A stretch of 64,000 nucleotides of DNA, taken from contig OZ241326.1 of assembly GCA_965199855.1 (NCBI GenBank), positions 2,464,001 through 2,528,000 on the forward strand, in the 5' to 3' direction. Both the position numbers and the translations under genes were made by a program. The DNA comes from a bacterium. Lineage in GTDB: Bacteria; UBA8248. Below the pieces are notes generated by a model that searched no databases, was not told where the DNA came from, and saw only the letters and a list, made by a program, of their open reading frames with translations. Shown here in pieces: positions 29,706 through 40,065 of the stretch (its first letter is position 1; each line of letters opens with the position of its first letter).

Positions 29706-31391
29706 CTATGAAATGTCCGGCAGAGGCTGTTCGCGCGTCATCACTTCGAGGAGAGCCGGCCTTCCCGCCGAGAGCGCCTCCTCGATGGCCCCGTCAATAT
29801 CCTCCGGGCGCTCCACGCGCAGACCGAAGGCGTCGAAGGAGCGCGCCATCTCGGCGAAGCGCGGGCTTTTGAAATCGCAGCCGTAGGCCGCGCCGTAGAG
29901 GTTCCGCTGCTGGCGCTCGATCTGGCCGTAGGAGCCGTCGTTCAGGACGATCATCACGACGTTCGCGCCGCATTCGCCCGCCGTTCCGAAATCTCCCATC
30001 GTCATCAGGAAGGCGCCGTCGCCCGCGAGTCCGATGACGTCGCGAGCCGGATGCTCCATCTTGGCGACGATGGCCGTGGGCAGCGCGAAGGACATGGCGT
30101 TCCATACCCCCGACTGCATGAAGGAAAAAGGGTTTCGGAGCGGCAGATAATAGCGCGCGAACATCTGGCAGTTGCCCACGTCGCTGACGACGATGGCATC
30201 CGGCTTGACGCGGGCGGCAAGCCTCTCCATCAGGAGAGCCGGATGAATCGGCGTCTCGCGCTCGCGGCCTTCAAGCACCCGCAGCGCCTGCCTTCGCAAA
30301 TCCGCCTTTCCGCGGGCGATCTCCTCCCTCAATTCTCCATCGGCGCGTCCGCTCTCGCCCGAGAGGCGCTCCTCCAGGGCGCGGAGAAACATTCCGGGAT
30401 TCGCCACAATTTCGTCCGCGCCGCCGTAGCGCGCATCCTCCGCGTCGTCGAAGCCCACGAAAATCCGCTCTGTGGGCGCATGGGGCTGGATGTGCAGCGT
30501 CTCCGCCGCGTCGGCGCGAAGACCGACGAACATCGCCAGGTCGCGCCGCGAGGCGACGGCCTTCAGGAACGCCGTGTTCCGGAAGGCGAAGTAATGCCCC
30601 ACCGCGAAGGGGTGATCATCGGGAATGACGCCCATCGCGTCCTGGGGGTAGATGACGGGAATCGAGAATTTTTCGGAAATCCGCGCCAGCGCCCCCATCC
30701 CCCCTTTCCGCATCACCCCCTTGCCCGCGCAGATGAGAGGACGCTCCGCCTCCAGCAGCCGCCGGGCGTATTGCGCGACGTCCTCCTCCCTGGGCGGAAC
30801 GGCCTCCGTCGGCTCCGGCTCGTATTCGGGCATCGGGATCGGTTCTTCCTGGAGGAGATGCGGGCTGTAGTCGCCGAGTCTTGGAATCTCGACGTGAACG
30901 GGGCCCGGCCTCCCGCTTCTGGCGATTCGGAACGCTTTGGCCATGACGCCCGATACGTCCTCGATTCGCCGGACGCGAACGCTCCACTTCGTGACCTTCC
31001 TGAACATATCCACGAGAAAATCGGGGTCGTCCACCCCGTGAAACGCCTCGCGCGCCGCGTCCAGAGGCACGGAGCCGGTGACGTGCACCATCGGCGACGC
31101 CGCTCCGTAGGCCTGCGCCACGCCTGCGATGGAGTTGGCTCCCCCCGGCCCCGCCGTGAGCAGACAGACGCCGGGCTCTCCGGTGAGCCGCCCGTGGGCG
31201 TCCGCCATCAGCGAAGCGTTCGACTCCTGCTTGCAGGTGACGAGGCGGATGGAGGGCGTCTCCCTCAGCGCGTCGTAGAAGGGCAGAAGATGCGAGCCGG
31301 GAAGGCAGTAAAGCCTCCTGACGCCCTCCTTGACGAGGGCGTCAACGACAATGTGGCCCGCGTGGACGAGCGAGCCGGCCTCAAGTTCCAC
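29706..31391 (-). CDS. Thiamine-pyrophosphate enzyme, acetolactate synthase-like family
   Basis: LPGSH, QESNA, TAGPG, GRPGPVHVEIP, GDGAF...NDGSYG TPP motif. Confidence 0.88.
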   Translation of the reverse strand: MELEAGSLVHAGHIVVDALVKEGVRRLYCLPGSHLLPFYDALRETPSIRLVTCKQESNASLMADAHGRLTGEPGVCLLTAGPGGANSIAGVAQAYGAASPMVHVTGSVPLDAAREAFHGVDDPDFLVDMFRKVTKWSVRVRRIEDVSGVMAKAFRIARSGRPGPVHVEIPRLGDYSPHLLQEEPIPMPEYEPEPTEAVPPREEDVAQYARRLLEAERPLICAGKGVMRKGGMGALARISEKFSIPVIYPQDAMGVIPDDHPFAVGHYFAFRNTAFLKAVASRRDLAMFVGLRADAAETLHIQPHAPTERIFVGFDDAEDARYGGADEIVANPGMFLRALEERLSGESGRADGELREEIARGKADLRRQALRVLEGRERETPIHPALLMERLAARVKPDAIVVSDVGNCQMFARYYLPLRNPFSFMQSGVWNAMSFALPTAIVAKMEHPARDVIGLAGDGAFLMTMGDFGTAGECGANVVMIVLNDGSYGQIERQQRNLYGAAYGCDFKSPRFAEMARSFDAFGLRVERPEDIDGAIEEALSAGRPALLEVMTREQPLPDIS

Positions 31392-31437
31392 GAAAGAGCG
31401 CTCCCGCTCCGAAGGGGAAAACGATGAAAATTCCGGG

Positions 31438-32517
31438 CTACGCGCCCGCTTTCTGAATATGCGCGCAAAGAAAATCGCCCACCTGCCGGGTGCCGAGCGA
31501 ACCGCCCAGATCGGCGGTAACTTTCTTCTCGCGGACGGCGGAGACGATCGCCTCCCAAATCAGGTTCGCCGCCTCTCCCAGCCCCAGAACGTCCAGCAGG
31601 ATTCTCCCCGTCAGGCACGCCGCGAAGGGATTCGCCACCCCCTTCAAGGCGATGTCGGGCGCCGTGCCGTGCACCGGCTCGAACATGCACACGCGGCCCG
31701 GGTGAATGCAGCCCGACGCCGCCAGCCCCACGCCGCCCACCAGCCCCGCGCATAGATCGCTCAGAATGTCGCCATACATGTTGTTCGTGACGATGACGCC
31801 GAAATGCTCGGGCCTGTAGAGCAGCTCCTGGCAGAGGGTGTCGATGAAGCAGTGCTCCGCCTCCACGTCCGGGAATTCCTCCGCGATTCCCCAGAAGACC
31901 CGCTGCCACAGGCCGTGGGCGTGAACCAGGGAGCCGTGCTTGTCCGCCATCGTCACCCTGGGGTAGCCGCGTTCGCGCGCGTATCGGAACGCATAGCGGC
32001 AGATGCGCGAGACCCCCTTGTAGGTGTTGATGTCCTCCTGAATGGCGACTTCGTCCGGCGTACCCATCTTGAAGTTGCCGCCCACGCGAACGTTCACCCC
32101 CTCGGTGTTCTCGCGGACGATGACCAGGTCAATGGGCGCGTCCCGCTTGAGAGGGCAGAAATCGGGATGGAGCAGGGGCGCGGGGCGCAGGTTGACGTAG
32201 AGGTCGAGCTCGAAGCGCAGGGCGCGAAGAAGGTCGCGGCAGTTCACGTCCTCGGGAATCCTGGGGTCGAGGCCCGCGCTGCCGAAAAGGATGGCGTCGT
32301 GCGCCTCCGCCAGCTCTCGCGCTACGACCGCCGCGTCGTCCGGCAGGGGCGCGCCGCGTTCCAGGTAGTGAAGCGCGCCGTAGTCATAGACCCTGGGGCG
32401 AACCTCCGCGCCCGAGGCGCCCACCGCCGCCTGAATCACCTCGGTCGCCACGGGCAGCACGTCGTGGCCCACGCCGTCTCCGGGGACGACGGCCAGGGAA
32501 AGCGCTCTCCCGCTCAT
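31438..32517 (-). CDS. Isocitrate/isopropylmalate/tartrate dehydrogenase family
   Basis: PGDGVG, LYVNLRP, VRENTEG, NMYGDILSD, FEPVHGTAPDIA. Confidence 0.9.
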   Translation of the reverse strand: MSGRALSLAVVPGDGVGHDVLPVATEVIQAAVGASGAEVRPRVYDYGALHYLERGAPLPDDAAVVARELAEAHDAILFGSAGLDPRIPEDVNCRDLLRALRFELDLYVNLRPAPLLHPDFCPLKRDAPIDLVIVRENTEGVNVRVGGNFKMGTPDEVAIQEDINTYKGVSRICRYAFRYARERGYPRVTMADKHGSLVHAHGLWQRVFWGIAEEFPDVEAEHCFIDTLCQELLYRPEHFGVIVTNNMYGDILSDLCAGLVGGVGLAASGCIHPGRVCMFEPVHGTAPDIALKGVANPFAACLTGRILLDVLGLGEAANLIWEAIVSAVREKKVTADLGGSLGTRQVGDFLCAHIQKAGA

Positions 32518-32531
32518 GGGGGCCTCTCCGC

Positions 32532-33707
32532 TCACAGGTGCCTGACGACCTTGACGCGCTGCACGGCGTCGCCGGCCAGATGCGTCCAGATGGCCGCGTC
32601 CCGCACGAGCTTCTCCGCGCCCACGTCCTTCATCACGCCCGCGCCCCCGTGGATGTCCATGTTCAGGTGAGTGACGCGCTGGATCGCGTCCGTGGCGAAG
32701 TTCATCAGCAGAACGTTGTGCTTCCTGTCGCGGTCGGCGCCCTTTTCGAGGTCGCACGCGGTGCGCATGACGTAAGCGCGCAAAGCCTCGGTGAGCATGT
32801 GCATCTCGGAGAGTTTGAGCTGAATCGCCTGGTGCTCGATGATGTATTTGCCGCCCTGCCAGCGCGTTCTGGCGTGGTTCATCGCCATGTCCACGGCCGC
32901 TTGGCACACGCCCAGGCCGTTGGCGGAGAGCTCGAGATCCCCGAACTCGGAGGTGTCGCCCTTTCGCGCCTGAACGCCCCGGTTCACCTCGCCCACCACG
33001 TTGGCGTGCGGCACGCGGGCGTCCTCGAAAATGAGCTCCGCGTTCTGATAGAACCGCCAGCCGATCTTGTCATAGACCTTCCCTACGCGAAAGCCCGGCG
33101 AATCGCTCGGCACGAGGAACAGCGTGGTGCCATCCGCGATGGGAGCGTCAGGGTCGGTTCTTCCGTCTATGAAGAAGAGCTTCGCCACGCTTCCGTTGGC
33201 GATGTAGCGCTTGCGGCCGTTGAGCAGCCATTCGTCGCCTTCGCGCGCGGCCCCGAGCTTCCAGCCTGTCCGGGGGTCGTCCGAGGGCATCCGGTTGTCC
33301 GATCCCGCCGCCTCCTCGGTTCCTCCCTTTCCGAGGAGATACGCGTCGTCCTCGAGAAACGGCTTCAGGAACCTGTCCTTTTGATCCTCCGTGCAGGAGG
33401 CGGCGATCAGGTGGCTCCACTTCCAGCACTGGCTGAACGTTTTCGAGATCGCGCTGTCCCCGCGCGCGAGCTCCTCCATCACCAGCGCCTGGGTGACGAA
33501 GTCGATGCCGTGGCCGCCGCGCTCCTTGGGGACGACGGCGGTGCGAAAGCCGAGCCTCGAACCCTTCTTTATGATCTCCCAGTCGAAGGTCTCGCGCGGG
33601 TCGGCTATCATGTCCCGCTCCAGGGAGATCGGCGCGATCTCCTCGACGGCGAACTTTCGCGCCTTGTCCCGCCACTCCCGCTGCTCTTCGTTCAAATCGA
33701 AATCCAT
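32532..33707 (-). CDS. Acyl-CoA dehydrogenase-like flavoprotein
   Basis: MDFDLNEEQ, TEEAAGSD, LNGRKRYIANG, HQAIQ, IHGGAG, EKLVRDA. Confidence 0.85.
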   Translation of the reverse strand: MDFDLNEEQREWRDKARKFAVEEIAPISLERDMIADPRETFDWEIIKKGSRLGFRTAVVPKERGGHGIDFVTQALVMEELARGDSAISKTFSQCWKWSHLIAASCTEDQKDRFLKPFLEDDAYLLGKGGTEEAAGSDNRMPSDDPRTGWKLGAAREGDEWLLNGRKRYIANGSVAKLFFIDGRTDPDAPIADGTTLFLVPSDSPGFRVGKVYDKIGWRFYQNAELIFEDARVPHANVVGEVNRGVQARKGDTSEFGDLELSANGLGVCQAAVDMAMNHARTRWQGGKYIIEHQAIQLKLSEMHMLTEALRAYVMRTACDLEKGADRDRKHNVLLMNFATDAIQRVTHLNMDIHGGAGVMKDVGAEKLVRDAAIWTHLAGDAVQRVKVVRHL

Positions 33708-33785
33708 GAATGCCCGCCCTCATCGTTGAAGGGAAACCGGAACCGCGCCCGCGCCCCCGCGCGCGGCCCGAAGCCCGCGAGAAGC

Positions 33786-34928
33786 CTAGACGGAAGCTCC
33801 CTGGCTCAGGGACAAAAACGCCGCATCCTCCTCGTGGATCAACCTCAGGTCCCGCTCCATCTCGCGCACGAGGGGAATCACATGCCTGCCCACGTTTTCG
33901 CATTCCTCATGCAGGGGGAAGCCGGAGAGAATCAGCATATCCACGCCTGCCTGCTCGATCTCGACGATCTTCCGCGCGCACTGCGCGTAGGAGCCCACGA
34001 TGGCGACGGCGGAACCCGAGCGAATTCGGCCCATGCCCGCCCAGAGGTTGGGCCCCACCATCTCCTCCCTCGTCCGCGCCTGCTGCTCCTTCGTGCCCCG
34101 GCTCTCGAAGGAGGAGATCACCTTCCCCCGATGCGCCAGCACCTCGGGATCGACCCGGCTCATCACCTCCTCTGCCGCCTCGAAGGCTTCCGCCTCGCTC
34201 GCGCGCGCGAAGATCTGAAAGCGCGTCACATATTTGAGGGGGCGCGTCCGCCCCGCGCGCTCGCATTTCGCCTTCATGCGCTCGACGCGCTCCGCCACCT
34301 GCCCAGGGGTTTCGCCCCAGAACACCGAATACTCCGCCCGCCGGACGGCGATGTCCTGCGCGACTTCCGAGGAGCCCGCCATGAAGAAGGGAATCCGCGG
34401 CTGCTGGAGGGGCCGGGGATACACGGTGGCGTCCTTGAGGCGGTAGAACTTCCCCTCAAAGGAGTATTTCTCCCGCGTCCAGAGGCCCTCGAGGATTTCC
34501 AGGTATTCGTCCGTCCGCTCATAGCGGGCGTCATGGTCGAGCGACTCGCCGTAGTTCGAGAGCGCGGCGCCGCCCGTCACGACGTTGTAGAGAATGCGGC
34601 CGCCCGTGAGCTCGTCGAGAGAGGCCATCATCCTAGCGCAAATGGCCGGATCGATGACGCCCACCCGCACCGCCAGAAGCAGCTTGATCGTCTTCGTCGC
34701 CGGGCCGATGACGGCGGCGTTCACCATGCTGTCCCAAGTCGGCGCCTGCGGCCCGTAGTGGCCGCTGACCTGCGAGGTGGGCACCAGGATGGTGGTGAAG
34801 CCGCTGCGCTCGGCGTTTCGCGCGATGCGGGTAAAGGTGTCGTAGCCGGGGGGATGCTCGGCGAATTTGCGGCCGATGTGCGCGCTGTCGCCGTCGCAGG
34901 ACATATACCACGCGAGCTCTATCGCCAT
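33786..34928 (-). CDS. LLM-class flavin-dependent monooxygenase (SsuD-like)
   Basis: AERSGF, LLAVR, GRILYNVVTGG, HDARYERTDEYL, GPNLWAG, IVGS. Confidence 0.88.
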   Translation of the reverse strand: MAIELAWYMSCDGDSAHIGRKFAEHPPGYDTFTRIARNAERSGFTTILVPTSQVSGHYGPQAPTWDSMVNAAVIGPATKTIKLLLAVRVGVIDPAICARMMASLDELTGGRILYNVVTGGAALSNYGESLDHDARYERTDEYLEILEGLWTREKYSFEGKFYRLKDATVYPRPLQQPRIPFFMAGSSEVAQDIAVRRAEYSVFWGETPGQVAERVERMKAKCERAGRTRPLKYVTRFQIFARASEAEAFEAAEEVMSRVDPEVLAHRGKVISSFESRGTKEQQARTREEMVGPNLWAGMGRIRSGSAVAIVGSYAQCARKIVEIEQAGVDMLILSGFPLHEECENVGRHVIPLVREMERDLRLIHEEDAAFLSLSQGASV

Positions 34929-35097
34929 GCGGGCTCTCTCCGAACAGCGTCCGTCGATGAACGGCGGGCAGTATATCCCCCGAGTCGCCTCCCGTCATTC
35001 AGGCGCGCTCATCCTCGGGCGAATACCAAGTACCGGAAAAAGCCGCCGGACGCCGAGAAGCCGACCTGCGGGCGCGCCGAATCCGCAGGGCGATGAA

Positions 35098-35970
35098 TCA
35101 GACTCCCCCGTCGCCCAGAAACGCCCGCATCTGGCGGCGATAGTCCGCGTCGTTGCTGTATTTTTTGATGAACCCGGGCGGGGGAACGCCCTCCAGCTCC
35201 TCGGGCGGCGCCCCTTCCCTGAGCGCCTTCAGGACTGCGTAGGCAGCCTGCGCCGCCGCCATGATGGGCTGGTGTCCCTGGAGGGCGACGCGCACGCCCT
35301 GGGCCGCGAGATAATCCCGCCCGCGCGTATCCTTCCCGCTCCCGCCCAGGATGAGGGGAAGCCTCACCTCCGCGGCGATGGCCTCGAGCTGCTCTCGGCC
35401 CTGAACGCCCACGAGAAACAGGGCGTCCACCCCCGCCGCCTCGTAGGCTTTGGCCCGCGCGATGGCGTCCTCCGTCCCCGTGAGGCGGGGCGCGCTTGTT
35501 CTGCCGGCGATGACCAGCCGCGGGTCGCGGCGTCCCTCAAGGGCGGCGCGCATCTTGCCGACGCCCTCCTCGAGCGAGGTAAGCCGCGCCGCGCCCCCCG
35601 AGCCGAATCCCTGCGGGAGCGCGGTGTCTTCTATCGAGAGCGCCGCCACGCCCGACGTTTCCAGCTCCTCGACCGTCCGCTTCACGTTCAGGGCGTTGCC
35701 GTAGCCGTGAGCGGCGTCCACCAGGAGAGGAACGCCGGCCGCGCGGTTGATTCTGAGCGCCTGGCCCGCAAACTCCGTCAGCGTCAGCAGGATGACGTCG
35801 GGCGCGCCCAGAACGGTCAGCGAGGCGGTCGAGCCCGCGAAGATGCCGACCTCGAAGCCCAGCTCCTCGGCCATGCGCGCGGTGAGGGGGTCGTAGATCG
35901 AGGCGGGATGGGCGCATCCCCCGCCCGCTAGCAGGGCGCGGAACTTCTCCCGCCTTTCCGTCCAGCTCAT
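35098..35970 (-). CDS. Isocitrate lyase/PEP mutase family, oxaloacetate decarboxylase-like
   Basis: PASIYDP, LGAPDVILLTLTEF, DAAHGYGNALNVKRTV, IEDT. Confidence 0.85.
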   Translation of the reverse strand: MSWTERREKFRALLAGGGCAHPASIYDPLTARMAEELGFEVGIFAGSTASLTVLGAPDVILLTLTEFAGQALRINRAAGVPLLVDAAHGYGNALNVKRTVEELETSGVAALSIEDTALPQGFGSGGAARLTSLEEGVGKMRAALEGRRDPRLVIAGRTSAPRLTGTEDAIARAKAYEAAGVDALFLVGVQGREQLEAIAAEVRLPLILGGSGKDTRGRDYLAAQGVRVALQGHQPIMAAAQAAYAVLKALREGAPPEELEGVPPPGFIKKYSNDADYRRQMRAFLGDGGV

Positions 35971-36010
35971 TTCAGGCCCGCCTCCCGAAGGCGGGCGCGG
36001 ACGGGCCGGC

Positions 36011-36402
36011 TCACATCACCTCCCGCCCGCCGTCCGAATAGGTGATCCGCATCGTCACGGAGCCCTCGTTCAAAAGCCAGGGACGGATGGTGAACTCGCG
36101 CGCTCCGCTCGCGTGCATGGGGTCGGACTCGGCGATGCGTCTCGCCTCGGCCAAGGAGCCGGCGCGGATGATGACCATGCCCTCCCCCTCCCATCGCTCC
36201 TCGTCATCCGTCCAGAAGGGGCCCGCGCCGAACATGACGCCCTTTTGCTCCAGCTCCACCTGGAACTTCAGGTGTTCCTCCAGGTTCTCCATCACGGGCC
36301 CCATGCCGTTCGCAGGCCGGGTGAAATAGACGTACATCTGCTTTTGAAGACACCCCGGCTGGCGTTCAGCACGTCCCGCGCGCTGATTTGCGGCTCGCTC
36401 AT
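36011..36402 (-). pseudogene. YciI-family protein with a 1-bp frameshift near 36353-36356
   Basis: HLKFQ...FGAGP...DPMH YciI motifs. The upstream frame MSEPQISARDVLNASRG joins CLQKQMYVYF if one G is added to the GGGG run. It could also start at 36337. Confidence 0.6.
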
Positions 36403-36576
36403 GCTCGCTCCCGTAGCAAGGGTTGAAGGGACGGCGATTTTCCCGTCGATTTGAACCTCGGGACTATACCATTTTTTTCCCGCGCCATGAGACGCGCGGC
36501 GGCGCATGAGGGAGAGGACGCAGCGCCCGGCGAGCGCGTCGCCCGCCGCCGGAACTCATCGGACGGCGGCGCATCA

Positions 36577-37023
36577 TCAGGTTCTGGGGCGCGCGTCCTC
36601 CTCGCGGCGCACCGAGCCGCCCACGACGATGGCGGCGCTCAGGAGGATGAGGTTTTTGATGATGTATTGCCCCTCGAGCGTGGGGGCGAAGGGAATCCGG
36701 GTGAAGCAGACCTCGGGTAGGAGGACGAGGGGAAGAATCGTCCCCGGCATCTGCGCGAAGAGCAGGAAAAGGGCGACGCGGACGAGCGGGCGGAAAAGCA
36801 GGCCCACGCCTATCCCCACCTCCCACCAGCCGAGCAGCGGGATGAAAAAATCGGGCGGAAGCCAGTAGACCGTGCGGCGCACGAGGTCGGTCCCCGCGCT
36901 GAGCCCCAAGGGCTTGAGGACGCCGAACCAGACGAAGACGACGGCGAGCGAAATTCTGAGGAAAAGCCGGCCGTAGCGGTTCATCCAGCCCGCGATATGG
37001 CGATCGATTTTTTCGAAGCGCAT
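36577..37023 (-). CDS. DoxX/YkgB-like membrane protein
   Basis: LRISLAVVFVWFGVLK, GWWEVGIG, TLEGQYIIKN. Confidence 0.8.
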   Translation of the reverse strand: MRFEKIDRHIAGWMNRYGRLFLRISLAVVFVWFGVLKPLGLSAGTDLVRRTVYWLPPDFFIPLLGWWEVGIGVGLLFRPLVRVALFLLFAQMPGTILPLVLLPEVCFTRIPFAPTLEGQYIIKNLILLSAAIVVGGSVRREEDARPRT

Positions 37024-37414
37024 TTTCAAGGGGCGCTTCCGTCCGTCCGGCGGCTTGGGCTCAAGGGGAGCGGGGAGCGGCGCGCGTGAAACGCGCGGGG
37101 CGCATCCATGCGTTCCTTGCGCGAAGACCGCGAGCGAGGCCCCGACGCTTCGGATGATAGCCTTTCCCCGCGTCCGTGAAAATACCCGAGGCTCCCGACG
37201 CTTCCTCGGCGAAGCGCCTCTCTCCCTGAAAGCTTTCAGGCCCCGGCCGCGCTCCGGTGCTAGATCGAGGAGCCGGAGAGGCGCGCCCCCAAATTGAAAA
37301 AGACGGCGCTTTGCCGCATACTTCCCCACATCCTGAGCGCGAAAACGCGAACCGGGGCGGACGGCGGATTCGGCCGAAGCCGCGCCGTCCCATCCTCAAA
37401 CCCAGGAGGCGCAC

Positions 37415-39142
37415 ATGATCATCGAACGCGATTTGCCCGTTGAAATGGACGACGGGGTGGTGCTGCGGGTCGACGTCTACAGACCGGACACCAAGGCGAA
37501 GGCGCCGGTCGTCATGGCCGGCGGCCCCTACGGCAAGGGCGTCAAATACCAGGAGCACTACAAGCCGCTCTGGGATTCGCTGGTGAAGATGCACCCCGAC
37601 GTCCTGTCGGGCTCCCAGCACCGCTGGCTGACCTGGGAGACGGTGGACCCCGAAATCTGGGTGCCGTGGGGCTACGCCTGCGTGCGCCTCGACTCGCGCG
37701 GGGCGGGACGCTCTCCGGGGTATCTCGACATCTTCTCCCCCCGCGAAACCAGGGACTTCGCTCTCGCCATCGAGTGGGCGGGCCGCCAAAAGTGGTCGAA
37801 CGGCAAGGTCGGCCTGAACGGCGTCTCCTACTACGCCATCAACCAGTGGCAGGTCGCCGCGCTCCAGCCGAAGCACCTCACGGCGATGATCCCCTGGGAG
37901 GGCGCCGCTGACCACTACCGCGACTGGGCGCGGCACGGCGGCATCCTCTCCAACAAGTTCATGGAAATCTGGTATCCGCGCCAGGTAGAGGCGGTGCAGC
38001 ACGGAAACCCCGACGGCCCGCGCGACCATTGGATGAAGACGCGCTCGACGGGCCCGGCGGCGCTCTCCAGGGAGCGGCTCAAGGACAACCGCGCCGACAC
38101 GCTCGGGAACTTCCTGGCGCGAGAGATGGACGACGACTGGTATCGCTCGCGCTCGCCCGACTGGTCGAAAGTGAAGGTGCCCTTCCTCAGCGCGGGGAGC
38201 TGGGCGGGCTTCGGCCTGCACCCGCGCGGCAACTTCGAGGCGTTCACGCAGGCGGCTTCGAAGGAGAAGTGGCTGGAGGGGCACCCGGGCCGGCACGAGG
38301 AGTGGTTCTACCTCGAATACGGAATGCAGCTGCAAAAGCGCTTCTTCGACTACTACCTCAAGGGGGAGCGCAACGGCTGGGAGAAGGAGCCGCGCGTGTG
38401 GCTCAACCTCCGGCGCCCCTTCACCGACGAAGTGGAGCTGCGCAAGGAGCGCGAGTGGCCGCTCAAGGGCACGAAATGGACGAAGCTCTATCTCCACGCG
38501 GGCGGCAAGGGCAAGCTCGACTGGACGGCGCCGAAGGTCAAGCGCTCGAAAACCTTCCGCGCCCTCACGCGCGGGATCACGCTGATGACGCCTCCCCTCA
38601 AGGAGGAGACCGAGATCACCGGCCCCATGGCGGCCAAACTCTTCATCTCCTCCTCCACGAAGGACGCCGATTTGTTCGTCACCGTCCAGGCGTTCTCGCC
38701 CAAGGGGCGCGAGGTGTATTTCCAGGGGACGGTGGACCCCAAGACGCCGCTCGCCCAGGGCTGGCTGCGCGCCTCCCACCGCAAGCTCGACCCGGAGAAA
38801 TCCACCCCTTGGCGGCCGTATCACGCCCACGACGACAAGCAGCCGCTGACGCCGGATCGCATCTACGAGCTCGACGTGGAAATCTGGCCCCAGTGCATCG
38901 TCCTGCCCAAGGGCTTCCGCCTGTCCATCAACATCGCCGGACAGGACTTCGACCGCCCCGGTCCGGCGGTCGAGGCTTACGTGCCCTCGCGCGGCTCGGG
39001 GCCGTTTCTGCACGATCACCCGGCGGATCGCCCGAAAGAGGTCTTCGGCGGGCGCACCACCCTGCACACGGGGCCGAAGCACGCATCCTTCCTCCTCGCG
39101 CCGATCATCCCGAAGCGGCGGCGCGGCGCGGTGGTGAAGTAG
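37415..39142 (+). CDS. CocE/NonD family serine hydrolase (peptidase S15)
   Basis: MDDGVVLRVDVYRP, DSRGAGRSPG, WSNGKVG, GVSYY nucleophile, GWLRASHR. Confidence 0.92.
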   Translation: MIIERDLPVEMDDGVVLRVDVYRPDTKAKAPVVMAGGPYGKGVKYQEHYKPLWDSLVKMHPDVLSGSQHRWLTWETVDPEIWVPWGYACVRLDSRGAGRSPGYLDIFSPRETRDFALAIEWAGRQKWSNGKVGLNGVSYYAINQWQVAALQPKHLTAMIPWEGAADHYRDWARHGGILSNKFMEIWYPRQVEAVQHGNPDGPRDHWMKTRSTGPAALSRERLKDNRADTLGNFLAREMDDDWYRSRSPDWSKVKVPFLSAGSWAGFGLHPRGNFEAFTQAASKEKWLEGHPGRHEEWFYLEYGMQLQKRFFDYYLKGERNGWEKEPRVWLNLRRPFTDEVELRKEREWPLKGTKWTKLYLHAGGKGKLDWTAPKVKRSKTFRALTRGITLMTPPLKEETEITGPMAAKLFISSSTKDADLFVTVQAFSPKGREVYFQGTVDPKTPLAQGWLRASHRKLDPEKSTPWRPYHAHDDKQPLTPDRIYELDVEIWPQCIVLPKGFRLSINIAGQDFDRPGPAVEAYVPSRGSGPFLHDHPADRPKEVFGGRTTLHTGPKHASFLLAPIIPKRRRGAVVK

Positions 39143-39285
39143 GGATTTGAAGCGAGGAGCGGCGGCGCGAAACAGCGGTTCGCCGTGAAGACGAAGGGAA
39201 GTTCGGGCCGGGGGCGCGTCCCTCGGCCCGACGGCTTCCTCGCAGGCAAGAACAGATTCAAGGCTTCAGAATATGAACCGGACGG

Positions 39286-40050
39286 TCAGCGCCTCTGTTT
39301 TTTCCTTGCTTTCCTGCTGTTCAATTCGCCCCTGTTTTTCAGCCTTTTCTCGTGTTTCTTGCGAGGCTCCAGCTCTTTTCTCAACTCCTCGATTTGATTT
39401 TGGAGCGCATCGATTTCTACGGCGCGTCGGGGGACTCCGGGCTTGGCCTTGGGTCTCCGCGTCAAACTCAGGTCTTTGACCCTGCGTCCCCCTTCCACGA
39501 AAGTAACCGAGTCGTAGTAATCCTCCAGCCGAACGTAAACGCCTACTTCCTCCGCCCATTCCTTCAATTCTCTCTTGCACGAGATATCCCAGGCCAGAAC
39601 CTCAATACCCCAGCCCTCTTTGTACAGGCGCTCCATATCGGCGTGAAAGCCGATTCCGTCATCGATTCCCGCGCCGTCTCCCGTAAGCAGAACGGCTACC
39701 TGCGGATTGTCCCGGTTGTCGAGGCCGGCGCGCAGGATATGCGTCTGCAGCACCTGATCGACTCCCTGCTCCGTCCCCGTAATTCCGCCGCGCTCCAAAA
39801 ATACGGGCTTGATGCCCGTCTCCTTTTCTATAGCCTGCCGAATCTGGTTTTGTTCGCGAGGCTCGGAGCCGACCACGAACGCGCAGCGCTCGTCGCAATG
39901 GCGGCCCGCCACGGCCAGCCTGCACAGATGCGAAAACTGAATCCGGAGAGCTCTTTGATCGAACCCGGGCTCCCTGGACGGAACGACCTTCTGGGCCGAT
40001 ATGAATATGTTGGAGTTGTCCCAGAACAAATACACTTCAGGCGCGCTCAC
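39286..40050 (-). CDS. NYN-domain (PIN-like) ribonuclease with C-terminal basic coiled coil
   Basis: YLFWDNSN, EQGVDQ, LLTGDG..FHAD, GWGIEVLAW; GTG start. Confidence 0.85.
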   Translation of the reverse strand: MSAPEVYLFWDNSNIFISAQKVVPSREPGFDQRALRIQFSHLCRLAVAGRHCDERCAFVVGSEPREQNQIRQAIEKETGIKPVFLERGGITGTEQGVDQVLQTHILRAGLDNRDNPQVAVLLTGDGAGIDDGIGFHADMERLYKEGWGIEVLAWDISCKRELKEWAEEVGVYVRLEDYYDSVTFVEGGRRVKDLSLTRRPKAKPGVPRRAVEIDALQNQIEELRKELEPRKKHEKRLKNRGELNSRKARKKQRR

Positions 40051-40065
40051 AATCCAGTTCCCTTC

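Noticed and set aside
39143-39285. attR duplicate of the tRNA-Val 3' end
   Set aside because: No copy of the tRNA 3' sequence is visible, so an integrative element cannot be delimited.
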